From positions 117,755 to 181,754 of the forward strand of contig JBAZKA010000003.1 in assembly GCA_041651015.1 (NCBI GenBank): DNA of 64,000 nt, read 5' to 3'. A program made the translations under genes and the position numbers. This stretch comes from Patescibacteria group bacterium. GTDB taxonomy: Bacteria; Patescibacteriota; Patescibacteriia; Magasanikbacterales; GWA2-37-8. This document shows positions 1-9,416 of the stretch, piece after piece (the stretch's first letter is position 1; the number at the start of each line of letters is the position of its first letter). The notes beneath the pieces were generated by a model. The model saw only the letters and a list, made by a program, of their open reading frames with translations. It was not told the DNA's origin and searched no databases.

Positions 1-136
1 TGACGGATAAGGTCATACTTGAATAATACAACTATTCGGCCTTATTTATTTCATCCGGCTCTATTACATTATATTATACCGCAAGATACAGAGTGGAGCC
101 AGACAAAAAAATAACCCCTAAAGGGATTATTTTTCG

Positions 137-207
137 CAGGGGGTGTAAGAATCGAACTCACGCTAATGGTTTTGGAGACCATAGTACTACCACTATACGA
201 ACCCCCC
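137..207 (-). tRNA. tRNA-Trp (CCA)
   Basis: Reverse complement folds as a cloverleaf: GGGGGGT/ACCCCCT acceptor, anticodon arm ATGGT-CTCCAAA-ACCAT, T-loop TTCGATT; 3' CCA not encoded. Confidence 0.93.
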
Positions 208-212
208 GTTTG

Positions 213-239
213 CAAAAGGCGGAAAAATTCCGCCTTTTG
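213..239 (-). terminator. Hairpin between rpmG and tRNA-Trp
   Basis: caaaaggcggaa-aaa-ttccgccttttg inverted repeat. Confidence 0.5.
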
Positions 240-242
240 GGT

Positions 243-407
243 TTATTTTGTTTCTTTGTGCGTCACATGCTTACGGCAGTGACGGCAATATTTTTTCAAT
301 TCCAACCTATTTTTCAAGAGTTTTTTATTTTTTCGGCTGAAATAATTGGTGCGTTTGCACTCAGTACATTCCAGCTTAATCATATTTTCTCTTTCTTTGG
401 ATGCCAT
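243..407 (-). CDS. rpmG: 50S ribosomal protein L33 (Zn-ribbon type)
   Basis: Manual translation [29 protein letters not shown]...[20 protein letters not shown] (54 aa); next to tRNA-Trp as usual; missing from the ORF track. Confidence 0.95.
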   Translation of the reverse strand: MASKERENMIKLECTECKRTNYFSRKNKKLLKNRLELKKYCRHCRKHVTHKETK

Positions 408-467
408 ATGTTTATTTTTCAAATTATTATTTGTACGAACGGCTACAACTCGTTCGTATGTTGACCC

Positions 468-552
468 TGGTGGGCAGGCTAGGATTCGAACCTAGGAAGG
501 CGGAGCCAGCAGATTTACAGTCTGCCCCAGTTGGCCACTTTGGTACCTGCCC
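468..552 (-). tRNA. tRNA-Tyr (GTA)
   Basis: GGGCAGG acceptor, AGACTGTAAATCT anticodon arm, long variable arm, GGTTCGAATCC, encoded CCA. Confidence 0.95.
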
Positions 553-567
553 AACGAAAATTTTCCG

Positions 568-640
568 AGCCACCTGTCGGGCTCGGACCGACGACCTACG
601 GTTTACAAAACCGTTGCTCTACCAGCTGAGCTAAGGTGGC
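568..640 (-). tRNA. tRNA-Thr (TGT)
   Basis: GCCACCTTAGCTCAGCTGGTAGAGC...ACGGT-TTTGTAA-ACCGT; atypical T-loop TCCGAGC. Confidence 0.9.
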
Positions 641-667
641 GAATTGGTAGTTTGATTTGTAAACCCG

Positions 668-740
668 AGCCGTTGCGCGGATTTGAACCGCGGACCTACT
701 CCTTACCATGGAGTTGCTCTACCAACTGAGCTACAACGGC
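668..740 (-). tRNA. tRNA-Thr (GGT)
   Basis: GCCGTTGTAGCTCAGTTGGTAGAGC...CATGGTAAG...GGTTCAAATCC. Confidence 0.95.
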
Positions 741-814
741 ATACATTATTTTATCGTGCAGTCCCGACCAAACGTCGGGGCGGCAACTTTTATGTGCACA
801 TTTTAGCACATAAA

Positions 815-1714
815 TTATATTTTATCAATCCTGACACGGAACTCGGACAATTTCTGATTTTCCGGATTGGCTAGACGCAATTCTTCAAAGGCCTTTTCCG
901 CGACCGCGCGATCGCCACATAGTATAGCATTTTCCGCTAATAAGTCAAGGTACTTGGGATTTCGCGGTTCCAGCTCCACTGCCTGCTGTATCGCCTCCAA
1001 AGCCAGCTCCGGATGACCGACTTTAATATACAATTCAGCTAAACGATTAAATCGCGGGGATAGAGAATCGTTGATAGTGGTCGCTCGTTCCAAATAATTT
1101 ATCGCTTCATTTATTTTATCTTTTTGCTCGGCCAATTCAGACAGTTTTACCAACAACGCGTCATCACCCGGGGTAAGCCTGGCCAGAAAATCATAGGTCT
1201 GTGCCGCCTCGTCAATCACACCCTTGGCAAAATAAGCGTCAGCCAAACCACGATACGCGGCCGCGGATTTTTTATCAATTTTAATCGCGGCAATATAATA
1301 TTCTTCGGCCTTATCATAATTACCCTCAGCCGCCTGCGCGCCGGCCTGAGCCAGAAACATTCCGATTTCCTTGTTCCTTTCGTCAAAGCTGATTTGTTTG
1401 GCCCTTTGGCGCGCCTTGACCAACTCTTCATAATGCAAAAGTTTTTCTATTCTCCCGACATAATGGCGAAATCTGTCTTGCACAAACTCCCAAACTTTTT
1501 TTATCGGGGATAATTTATTTTGAAATTTGGCATGCGCTTCTCGGCCTTTATCCAAGAGGTGGCGGTCAATCAGTTCACGTTTTTTTCTTTGTTCTTGTTC
1601 TTCGGTTAAATTTTCCAAATCCAAATTAGCCACCACGGGAAATTTACGGGCGATAACCGCGCCGATAACAAGAACCGCCGCGACGATGATTGAAATAAAA
1701 ATTATTCCGGGCAT
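815..1714 (-). CDS. Membrane-anchored tetratricopeptide repeat protein
   Basis: N-terminal TM helix followed by TPR-like helices (AAYRGLADAY, AINYLERA, AVELEPRN). Confidence 0.85.
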   Translation of the reverse strand: MPGIIFISIIVAAVLVIGAVIARKFPVVANLDLENLTEEQEQRKKRELIDRHLLDKGREAHAKFQNKLSPIKKVWEFVQDRFRHYVGRIEKLLHYEELVKARQRAKQISFDERNKEIGMFLAQAGAQAAEGNYDKAEEYYIAAIKIDKKSAAAYRGLADAYFAKGVIDEAAQTYDFLARLTPGDDALLVKLSELAEQKDKINEAINYLERATTINDSLSPRFNRLAELYIKVGHPELALEAIQQAVELEPRNPKYLDLLAENAILCGDRAVAEKAFEELRLANPENQKLSEFRVRIDKI

Positions 1715-1716
1715 AT

Positions 1717-2493
1717 TTAGTCGTTCAAAAGTTTTACGGCTTGATCAAATATTTCTTTAAATGTTTCAATTTTGGCCGAAGCATTGCCAATCAGCACGCC
1801 ATCGGTGTTGTCCAAAGACAGATACTCAACCGCGTTATCAGCGCGAACGCTGCCGCCATATAAAATTTTACAATTTAACTTTGGCAATAATTTCGCGACA
1901 ATATTTTTAATCATCGTATGCACGCGCTCGGCTTCTTCGGCGTCACAAGCGTCGCCCGTGCCAATAGCCCAAACCGGTTCATAAGCAATAAATATATTCG
2001 CTTTATCGGTGATAGTTAAATTTTGGAACACGGCGCGTAATTGAACTTCCACTACCTCATCGGTTTTACCGGCTTTTCTTTCTTCGGCTGTCTCGCCAAC
2101 GCACACCACCGGGGTTAAACCTAAATTCAAAACCGCTTCCATTTTTTGGCGCACATCGTGATTACTTTCACCAAAAACATGCCGGCGCTCCGAATGGCCG
2201 ACCAACGCGTACTCGCAACCCGCGTCTTTATACATTTGCGCGGAAACTTCTCCGGTATAACCGCCTTTGTCCGCCCAAAATACATTTTGCGCGCCAACAC
2301 CAATACCGACGTCGCGCAAAACTTGGCCGGCTGGATAAAGCGCCAGAGCGCTCGGAAAAACCGCGATATCTATTTCATCCGGACGTTTTTTTAGACTGCT
2401 TGCGAAAGCATGAGCCAAAATATTGCTCTCGTCATAGTCCAAATACATTTTCCAGTTGGCAAACAAATGAATTGTCTTCGCGGTTTGTTTCAT
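1717..2493 (-). CDS. tpiA: Triosephosphate isomerase
   Basis: ANWKM, GHSERR, AYEPVWAIGTG, LYGGSV motifs. Confidence 0.97.
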   Translation of the reverse strand: MKQTAKTIHLFANWKMYLDYDESNILAHAFASSLKKRPDEIDIAVFPSALALYPAGQVLRDVGIGVGAQNVFWADKGGYTGEVSAQMYKDAGCEYALVGHSERRHVFGESNHDVRQKMEAVLNLGLTPVVCVGETAEERKAGKTDEVVEVQLRAVFQNLTITDKANIFIAYEPVWAIGTGDACDAEEAERVHTMIKNIVAKLLPKLNCKILYGGSVRADNAVEYLSLDNTDGVLIGNASAKIETFKEIFDQAVKLLND

Positions 2494-2494
2494 A

Positions 2495-3772
2495 TTATTT
2501 TAGTATGCTTATCACCGATGATTTTTTTAACGGACTGATTACGGAAGCGCGGCGCTCGCTCGGCTTAAAAATTTCAGCCGCAATTTTTTTCACATCGCTA
2601 ATTTTTACTTTCTGTAAATTTTTTATTTCCTCGTTCCAATCAATCAGATTTTTCTCAAACCAAAATTTGCCCGCGTACCAATTAGCTTGCGCGCTGGAAT
2701 CTTCCATGGCGAGAGCCAGGTGTCCGGCGATATTATTTTTTGCATCAATCAATTCTTTTTCCGTAACCGACTCACTCGCCATCCGTTCACATTCTTTGCT
2801 AATAACCAATACCGCTTCTCGCAACCGTTTCGGATCCAAACCTGCCGTGACGCATACGGCCCCCGTATCGCGATAAACCGCCGCTTCGGCGCGCACGCTA
2901 TAAGCCAATCCTCTTTTCTCGCGCACTTCGGTGAATAAACGCGAACTCATTCCCCCGCCCAAAATATTAAGCATCACGGACAAGGCGTATCGGCGCGGGT
3001 CGCCCATCTTTAATCCGGGATAACCGATGATGACTTGTGATTGGTCCAGCTTGCGTTTTTCCGCGTCAATCCGTTTTGTCTTTGACGCGTATTTTTGATG
3101 ATTAAATTTGATAAATTTTTCCTTGGTGATTTTTGACGGACGCTTTGGCGCTCGACCAAAATATTTCTTGATCAAACGGTTCGTATTTGCGTCAACTTTA
3201 CCGGCCGCGACTACCACCATATTGCCGGGCGCGTACGCGTCTTTATAATAATTAAACAAATCGGCTCGGCTCATCGCCTTGATGCCTTTAACCGAACCGG
3301 CGATATCCCAACCCAGTGGATGATTGCCGTACATCACACGATCAAACATCAACTCCACCGCGGCGCGGGGATTGTCATCATACATCCTTATTTCCTCAAT
3401 AATGACGCCTTTCTCACGTTTAATATCATCGGCATCAAATTTTGAATTAAAAATCATGTCCGATAAAATATCCACGGCTTTTTCCTGATGTTTGGCGTCA
3501 ATTTTAATCCAATAACCGGTGCGATCTTTATCCGTGAAGGCATTGAATTGCGCGCCGGCCGCATCCAGTTCGCGAGAAATATCCAATGAGGTTGGACGTT
3601 TGGTTGTGCCTTTAAACATCAAATGCTCCACGAAATGCGAGACACCACTAATTTTTTTATTCTCATAGCGCGAGCCAATTGGCACCAAGCACAAAAAAGT
3701 GACGGCGTGGGTACCGCTAACCGGCGCCTCAATTACGGTGAGGCCGTTTTTTAATTTTTTTATTTTATGCAT
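2495..3772 (-). CDS. M16 family zinc peptidase
   Basis: HFVEHLMFKGT (HxxEH), NAFT, SSRLFTEVREKRGLAY. Confidence 0.95.
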   Translation of the reverse strand: MHKIKKLKNGLTVIEAPVSGTHAVTFLCLVPIGSRYENKKISGVSHFVEHLMFKGTTKRPTSLDISRELDAAGAQFNAFTDKDRTGYWIKIDAKHQEKAVDILSDMIFNSKFDADDIKREKGVIIEEIRMYDDNPRAAVELMFDRVMYGNHPLGWDIAGSVKGIKAMSRADLFNYYKDAYAPGNMVVVAAGKVDANTNRLIKKYFGRAPKRPSKITKEKFIKFNHQKYASKTKRIDAEKRKLDQSQVIIGYPGLKMGDPRRYALSVMLNILGGGMSSRLFTEVREKRGLAYSVRAEAAVYRDTGAVCVTAGLDPKRLREAVLVISKECERMASESVTEKELIDAKNNIAGHLALAMEDSSAQANWYAGKFWFEKNLIDWNEEIKNLQKVKISDVKKIAAEIFKPSERRASVISPLKKSSVISILK

Positions 3773-3779
3773 AAATTTT

Positions 3780-4055
3780 TTACGCCTTTGGTCCCGTTAA
3801 ATCTGTCAAACGATTTTCAATATCAACAATAACCTTTGCAAGCCTGGCAACGTCTTCTTCGCGATAATCATCCGGATTTTGTTTTGCGTGTTCCAGCGCC
3901 GTTTTGTTTCTTTTCAACGCATCACGCAACTGATCCGGCGTATAATTATCTAATGGATTCGCTCCGGTTTCCAATTCATCAGTCAGACCCCCGCTCGCTT
4001 CTCCACCCGGATTTCTAAACTGATTACCAACATCCACACGTTGTTCTCTATTCAT
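3780..4055 (-). CDS. Hypothetical protein
   Basis: 91-aa ORF with ATG filling the gap between glyS and the M16 peptidase. Confidence 0.6.
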   Translation of the reverse strand: MNREQRVDVGNQFRNPGGEASGGLTDELETGANPLDNYTPDQLRDALKRNKTALEHAKQNPDDYREEDVARLAKVIVDIENRLTDLTGPKA

Positions 4056-4062
4056 ATATATT

Positions 4063-5454
4063 TTAATTAATAAATTTACCCTCTAAATAATTTTTTAATT
4101 CTGCGATGGCCACGCGTTCTTGCGCCATTGTGTCGCGGTCGCGCACAGTCACCTTTTTGTCTTCAATGGACTCAAAATCCACGGTCACGCAATACGGTGT
4201 GCCGATTTCATCTTGCCGGCGATAGCGCTTGCCAATGCTTTGCGTCTCATCATAATCAACCACAAAATGTTTTCTGAGTTCCGCGGCCAATGGTTTGGAC
4301 ACTTGAGATAATTCATCTTTCTTGGACAACGGCAGTACCGCCACCTGATACGGCGCGAGGTACTTCGGAAATTTCATCACGATTCTTTTTTCCGTCTCCC
4401 CTTCTTCAGATGTCGGAGCCTCCTCCTCGTGATACGCTTCCAGCAAAGCGACGAGCAACATGCGTTCAATGCCAAAAGTCGGTTCAATCACATGCGGAAT
4501 AAATTTTTCATTGGTCTCAGGGTCGGTATAATGCAAATCCGCGCCGCTGACTTTTTCATGGCGAGACAAATCAAAATCCGTGCGATAGGCAATGCCGTGC
4601 AATTCTTTGATACCAAACGGATATTTGTATTCAATGTCCATCGTGCGCTTGCTGTAATGCGCCCGCTCCCCGTCCGGAATCTCATGCCAAACCAAATTAT
4701 CCACATTCACTTTCATCACATCCTGCCACCAGCGTTTGATTTCAGTGAGCCACATTTCAAAAATTTTCTCCCATTCGCCAGCTGGCGAATGGGGGTTGAT
4801 AAAATATTCCAGCTCGCCGATTTCAAATTCACGCGTGCGGAAAATAAAATTTCCCGGCGTGATTTCATTGCGGAAACATTTGCCGATTTGAGCAATGCCA
4901 AACGGCAATTTACGGCGCGTGGTTTGCTGAACATTTTTAAAATTCACGAACATGCCACCGGCGGTTTCGGGGCGCAGATAGGCCTCGGTGGTATTATCTT
5001 CGTTCGTGCCGATAAACGTCTTGAACATCAAATTAAAACTTTTCGGGTCGGTTAATTTTCCCTCGCAATCCGGGCACACCACGCTATTATCCATGACGAT
5101 TTGGTCTTTGTCATACTTGGGCGTAATGCCTTTGGCTTCCAATAAATGGTCAATGCGGAAACGATGATGGCATTCTTTGCATTCCACTAATTGGTCGCTG
5201 AAATTTTCCAAGTGCCCTGAAGCGACCCAAACTTTCGGATTCATGATAATGGCCGCGTCAATGCCGACCATGTCCTCGCGTTCTTGGACAAAAAATTTCC
5301 ACCAGGCCTTTTTGATGTTTTGCTTGAGCAAATGTCCCAACGGACCAAAGTCCCAGCTATTGGCCAAACCGCCGTAAATTTCCGAACCCGGAAAAACAAA
5401 ACCCCGACGCTTGCACAGTGAAATAATTTCCTCCATTTTATCATTGCTTGGCAT
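4063..5454 (-). CDS. glyS: Glycine--tRNA ligase (alpha2 type)
   Basis: LCKRRGF, LRPETA, FRNEITP, IEPTFG, IGKRYRRQDEIGTP; start set at MPSNDK. Confidence 0.96.
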   Translation of the reverse strand: MPSNDKMEEIISLCKRRGFVFPGSEIYGGLANSWDFGPLGHLLKQNIKKAWWKFFVQEREDMVGIDAAIIMNPKVWVASGHLENFSDQLVECKECHHRFRIDHLLEAKGITPKYDKDQIVMDNSVVCPDCEGKLTDPKSFNLMFKTFIGTNEDNTTEAYLRPETAGGMFVNFKNVQQTTRRKLPFGIAQIGKCFRNEITPGNFIFRTREFEIGELEYFINPHSPAGEWEKIFEMWLTEIKRWWQDVMKVNVDNLVWHEIPDGERAHYSKRTMDIEYKYPFGIKELHGIAYRTDFDLSRHEKVSGADLHYTDPETNEKFIPHVIEPTFGIERMLLVALLEAYHEEEAPTSEEGETEKRIVMKFPKYLAPYQVAVLPLSKKDELSQVSKPLAAELRKHFVVDYDETQSIGKRYRRQDEIGTPYCVTVDFESIEDKKVTVRDRDTMAQERVAIAELKNYLEGKFIN

Positions 5455-5470
5455 AAATAATTTGAAAATA

Positions 5471-6019
5471 TTAAACTGTGTTGATCTCGCTTTCTTTTTT
5501 CTCACCGATTGTTTTTATCTGTTCATTATAATCCTTGACCATTTTATCCAAATCCTCCTGCATGCGAAATTTTTCGTCCTCGCCAACACTCCCCGCTTCT
5601 TCGGCTTCGGCAATTTTATCGCGCACTTCCTCGCGCACTTGGCGCACGGAAATACGGGCGTTTTCCAATTTGGTGTGCAAAACTTTGACCAGCTCGGCCC
5701 GGCGTTCCACCGTGAGTTCCGGCAAACACAAACGGATTATACGACCGTCATTGACCGGATTCAATCCGAGATTTGATTCACGAATGCCTTTTTCCACGGC
5801 CTGGAGCAAAGATTTGTCCCACGGTTCAATCACCAAAGTTTTGGCATCAGACACAGAAATTGAAGCCACGGCTTTGAGCGGTTGGCGCGAACCATAGGCT
5901 TCCACACTGACATCCTCCACCATAATCGTGCTGGCTCGGCCCGTGCGGAGCCCGGCGATGTCCTGCTTCATGAAATCCAAAACCTTGTTAAATTCTTCTT
6001 TGTGTTCGTTTATGTTCAT
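5471..6019 (-). CDS. frr: Ribosome recycling factor
   Basis: LRTGRAS, VEAYG, IEPWD, LNPVNDG, PELTVERR. Confidence 0.97.
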   Translation of the reverse strand: MNINEHKEEFNKVLDFMKQDIAGLRTGRASTIMVEDVSVEAYGSRQPLKAVASISVSDAKTLVIEPWDKSLLQAVEKGIRESNLGLNPVNDGRIIRLCLPELTVERRAELVKVLHTKLENARISVRQVREEVRDKIAEAEEAGSVGEDEKFRMQEDLDKMVKDYNEQIKTIGEKKESEINTV

Positions 6020-6065
6020 ATTAACATTGATTTAGACAGATTGAGATTGATTAGAACTGACGCGA

Positions 6066-7148
6066 CTAATTCAACACCGTAAAGCCCATCAAAAATGTGC
6101 CGGTGTTTTTGGTATGGATTTTTAATGCAACCGGAACAGTGTTGGTCGGTAATTTTTTCGTCACCCAAGTCGTCCCGCCATCCGTGCTTTTGTAAAAAGT
6201 GGAACGGACATGAACATTCTTGTCGCCCAGAATCGTGCCGGTATAAAATATTTCATTTTGATTGCTTGGATTGGTGGCAAACGCGTAAATTGTCACCGAG
6301 CCCGGCGGAGTGAGTAATTTTAATTCACGCCAAGTGGCGCCGGCGTCGTCCGATCGCATCACGCCGTATTTGCTAATCCAAAATAAACTATTGTCTTGAG
6401 ACGGATTAACATACATCCGATAAAAAGTCATACTGTCGGTAAAGTCTTTCATGCCGGCGCGCAAGTCAGTCCAATTCATGCCATTGTCATCCGAGCGGTA
6501 CAAACCTTTTTTCTGGCTGGCCACATAAACTCGTCCGGCGTGTTTTTTGTCCACGGCTAAATCTTGCAGAGCGAGGTCAAAACGTTTCATCACGGTCCAA
6601 CTGTGTCCGGCATCACGGCTGGCCATCACATCACCGCCGGATTCCGCGCACCAAATAGAATTGTCCGCCGGGTCAATATCCAAAGCGCGGATTTGCTGGT
6701 CGGTGCGTCCTTCGGTAAAGACAGTAGCCCAAGTGCGGGAACAATCCTCGGTCTTAAAAATGTTTGTGCCATCGCTCGCGTAAACCGTGCATTTGTCGGT
6801 CGGGTCAACCGCGAGCGCGTAAATAAATTTACCATTCATGGACGGCACAAATTGCCAGGTGTCGCCGTTGTTATAAGTATAAAATAATCCCTGACTGCGC
6901 GTGCCCAGATAAAACGCGTTCGGGTCGCTCGGGTCTTCAAAAATTTTATAAACTTTGACTTCGGCAATACTCTGCACGCCCTTGGACGTGGGATAACTCG
7001 CGATTTGCGACCAAGTCTCGCCCTGATCGGCCGTGCGATACATGCCCATCGGCCCGGACTCGGTACTGCTCTTGAAAGAAATACAACTCGCGCCCGTGAA
7101 AACGAGCGAAGCGACAGCGAGCAGAGATAAAATTTTTTCCTTTGTCAT
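6066..7148 (-). CDS. BNR/Asp-box beta-propeller lipoprotein (YCF48/VPS10-like)
   Basis: Lipobox-like FTGASC and repeated SxDxGxTW boxes. Confidence 0.85.
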   Translation of the reverse strand: MTKEKILSLLAVASLVFTGASCISFKSSTESGPMGMYRTADQGETWSQIASYPTSKGVQSIAEVKVYKIFEDPSDPNAFYLGTRSQGLFYTYNNGDTWQFVPSMNGKFIYALAVDPTDKCTVYASDGTNIFKTEDCSRTWATVFTEGRTDQQIRALDIDPADNSIWCAESGGDVMASRDAGHSWTVMKRFDLALQDLAVDKKHAGRVYVASQKKGLYRSDDNGMNWTDLRAGMKDFTDSMTFYRMYVNPSQDNSLFWISKYGVMRSDDAGATWRELKLLTPPGSVTIYAFATNPSNQNEIFYTGTILGDKNVHVRSTFYKSTDGGTTWVTKKLPTNTVPVALKIHTKNTGTFLMGFTVLN

Positions 7149-7169
7149 ATTTTTATAATATTTATATAT

Positions 7170-7206
7170 TTGTATAATTCGTATGCATTAGTATATTAGC
7201 ATCGCA
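7170..7206 (-). repeat. TGCGAT-family ~38-bp intergenic repeat
   Basis: Near-identical to 22681-22719, 22757-22793, 23748-23786 and 58541-58579. Confidence 0.75.
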
Positions 7207-7208
7207 CT

Positions 7209-8120
7209 TCAAATTTTTAAAAGTATTCTTTCAATTAATAAACGCGGATGGATATTGCGCCCCAGCAAATCCCGCGCTTCGGACAAGGCGTCAATTATTT
7301 CGGCCGCGTCTGCCGGCCGATAAGTTTTGCCAAACAATGAATCACCGCGCAAAGCTTCGCGCCAAATCATAGTCCAAATTTCCAAAGTTCTTTTCAGGCG
7401 GTCGCGTCCGCGGACAGCGTCTTCTTTGTCGCCAAATAATTCTTCAGTGTCTTTTAATTTTTGATGAAACGGCGCGCCCATCATTTTTTGCATACGCGCG
7501 GATTCAATCCGGCATTCATCCATGGCTTCGGGCTCGGTGGAAAAAATTATCGCTCGCCCGGGCCGGCCCCAGGATAATTTGGCCGCTTCACGCGCAAGAG
7601 CCGCCTCGCGTCCCATTTGCCGTAACCCTTCCGCGATTTCATCATCCGCCACCAAAGAAAAATTTATTATCTGACAGCGCGAACGCACGGTCGCGGGTAA
7701 AAGTGTTTCGTCGGTCGTGAGGAGAATTATCAGATTGTTATCAATGGATTCTTCCAAAGTTTTCAAAAGGGCGTTGGCCGCTTCATCGTTCACGGCCTCG
7801 GCTTCATCAATCAAAACCGCTTTGGTCCCGCCAAACCAGGACTTGTTGGCCAAAAAACTTCCCACGGTTTTCGCTTGCGCGATGCTGATGTCTTTTTTTA
7901 AACGATTTTTTTTCTCATCCACTTCGCGTTCCAGATAAAAAAAATCCGGGTGCGCGGCGAGCTTGGCTTCCTCCACGCCAAAGGCCCGCGCGATAAGATA
8001 AGCCGCCACCGCCCGCTTGCCCACTTGGTCCGGCCCGACAAAACACAAGGCGTGAGCCAGGGTCTTTTTGTCCATTGATTCGGACAAAAAATTGACTGTT
8101 TGACGGTGGCCGATGAGCAT
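7209..8120 (-). CDS. holB: DNA polymerase III subunit delta'
   Basis: HALCFVGPDQVGK, HPDF, ANALLKTLEE, ATVRSRC. Confidence 0.92.
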   Translation of the reverse strand: MLIGHRQTVNFLSESMDKKTLAHALCFVGPDQVGKRAVAAYLIARAFGVEEAKLAAHPDFFYLEREVDEKKNRLKKDISIAQAKTVGSFLANKSWFGGTKAVLIDEAEAVNDEAANALLKTLEESIDNNLIILLTTDETLLPATVRSRCQIINFSLVADDEIAEGLRQMGREAALAREAAKLSWGRPGRAIIFSTEPEAMDECRIESARMQKMMGAPFHQKLKDTEELFGDKEDAVRGRDRLKRTLEIWTMIWREALRGDSLFGKTYRPADAAEIIDALSEARDLLGRNIHPRLLIERILLKI

Positions 8121-8176
8121 ACGATAACAAATAATACGCGTTATTAACGCGTATTTATACTACCCTATTTTGTTGT

Positions 8177-9328
8177 TTATCGCAAGGCCTGCCATGTTAA
8201 TTCCGCGGTTTTTTGCCAGGAAAATTTTTGCGCTTGGACCAAGCCATTTTCAGTCATTTGATTCTTGAAATTTTGATCGGTCAAAATTTTTATGATTGCT
8301 CCGGCAATCTCGCCGATATCATCCGGCGAGACATAAATCGCCGCTTCCCCGCCGACTTGGGGCAAACTATTCCCGCGCGAGGCGATAACCGGACAGCCCG
8401 AGGCCATGGCTTCCAAAACCGGAATCCCAAAACCCTCATAACGAGACGGAAAAATAAAAACCTCGGCCGAGCGCATCAGAGCGGCGATATCTTCTGTCTC
8501 AACCCAACCCGTGAGAATAATATCTTTGTTATACGGACTTTGCAGTATTGCTTGTTCCACCTCGGCATAACCCACGCCCGGCGTCCCCGCCAAAACCAAT
8601 TGACAATCGCATTCGCGCCTCACAATATCAAACGCCCGAACAATGTTGGCGGTATTTTTTTTATTTTCCAAACGTCCGACCGATAAAATATATTTTTTGG
8701 CGATTGGTCGCGTGTCATTCCGAGCGATCCGCCAACTGGCGGAGAGCCGAGGAATCCCTTGTCGCGCGTTATCAAATGCCGGATAATACGTATCTTTATC
8801 ATAGCCGAGCGGTGTGACAAAAATTTTGTTTTTATCCGCGCCATAATATTTTACCAATTCATTTTTGCTGAATTCGGACGGCGTGATAATGGCCCGCGCT
8901 TTTTTTACGATTAATTTATTCATCCATTTCAAATACGTCCGGCTCGCCAGTCCATACAATTTCGGATAAACGACAAACGCGCTATCATGGACAGTCACCA
9001 CGGTTTTTTCGGGACAGGCCATTGGCACCAGTTGCGCCGGCGCGAAAAATATATCAGGCGGATGGCGAAAAAATTCCCACGACAAACGCGTCTGAGTCCA
9101 GCCTTTGCGCAAACGCCTCGGCATTTTTTGCGGCCAGGCCAGAACGCGCGATTGCCAATTGGCGGGCAAATCCGCCAGCCCGGGCAAAAGCGGAGTTTGG
9201 CTGTACAAAATTACTTGGACATCCGAAGGAACCACTTTTTTCAAGTGTTGGATAATTTGCCAAGAGTACTCCTCCACTCCGGTGCGTTTAGCTTTGTTGG
9301 CGTGTGAGGCTTCAATGGCGAGGGTCAT
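8177..9328 (-). CDS. Glycosyltransferase family 4 with in-frame palindromic insert
   Basis: TGVEEY, VGRLENKKN, EGFGIPVLEAMASG; insert encodes ARQGIPRLSASWRIARNDT. Confidence 0.93.
   Translation of the reverse strand: MTLAIEASHANKAKRTGVEEYSWQIIQHLKKVVPSDVQVILYSQTPLLPGLADLPANWQSRVLAWPQKMPRRLRKGWTQTRLSWEFFRHPPDIFFAPAQLVPMACPEKTVVTVHDSAFVVYPKLYGLASRTYLKWMNKLIVKKARAIITPSEFSKNELVKYYGADKNKIFVTPLGYDKDTYYPAFDNARQGIPRLSASWRIARNDTRPIAKKYILSVGRLENKKNTANIVRAFDIVRRECDCQLVLAGTPGVGYAEVEQAILQSPYNKDIILTGWVETEDIAALMRSAEVFIFPSRYEGFGIPVLEAMASGCPVIASRGNSLPQVGGEAAIYVSPDDIGEIAGAIIKILTDQNFKNQMTENGLVQAQKFSWQKTAELTWQALR
8713..8768 (+). repeat. TGTC-tagged REP-like palindrome inside the GT4 CDS
   Basis: tgtcattccgagcga...gaggaatcccttgtcgcgcg shares both ends with 23799-23844 and 33074-33130. 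Confidence 0.85.
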
Positions 9329-9338
9329 AAATATATTT

Positions 9339-9413
9339 TGTCATTCCCACGAAGGCGGGAATCCAGTGGTGTGTCATTGCGAGGAACTCCCGCGGGGAGC
9401 GACGTGGCAATCT
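9339..9413 (+). repeat. Two tandem TGTC-tagged REP-like palindromes
   Basis: tgtcattcccacgaaggcgggaatccag and tgtcattgcgagg...cgtggcaatct. Confidence 0.8.
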
Positions 9414-9416
9414 TTT

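Noticed and set aside
1-16. Possible start of secE on the minus strand
   Set aside because: Expected by synteny after rpmG and tRNA-Trp, but only five codons are visible.
93-874. Plus-strand ORFs 93-464, 401-634 and 683-874
   Set aside because: They are antisense shadows of rpmG and the tRNA genes.
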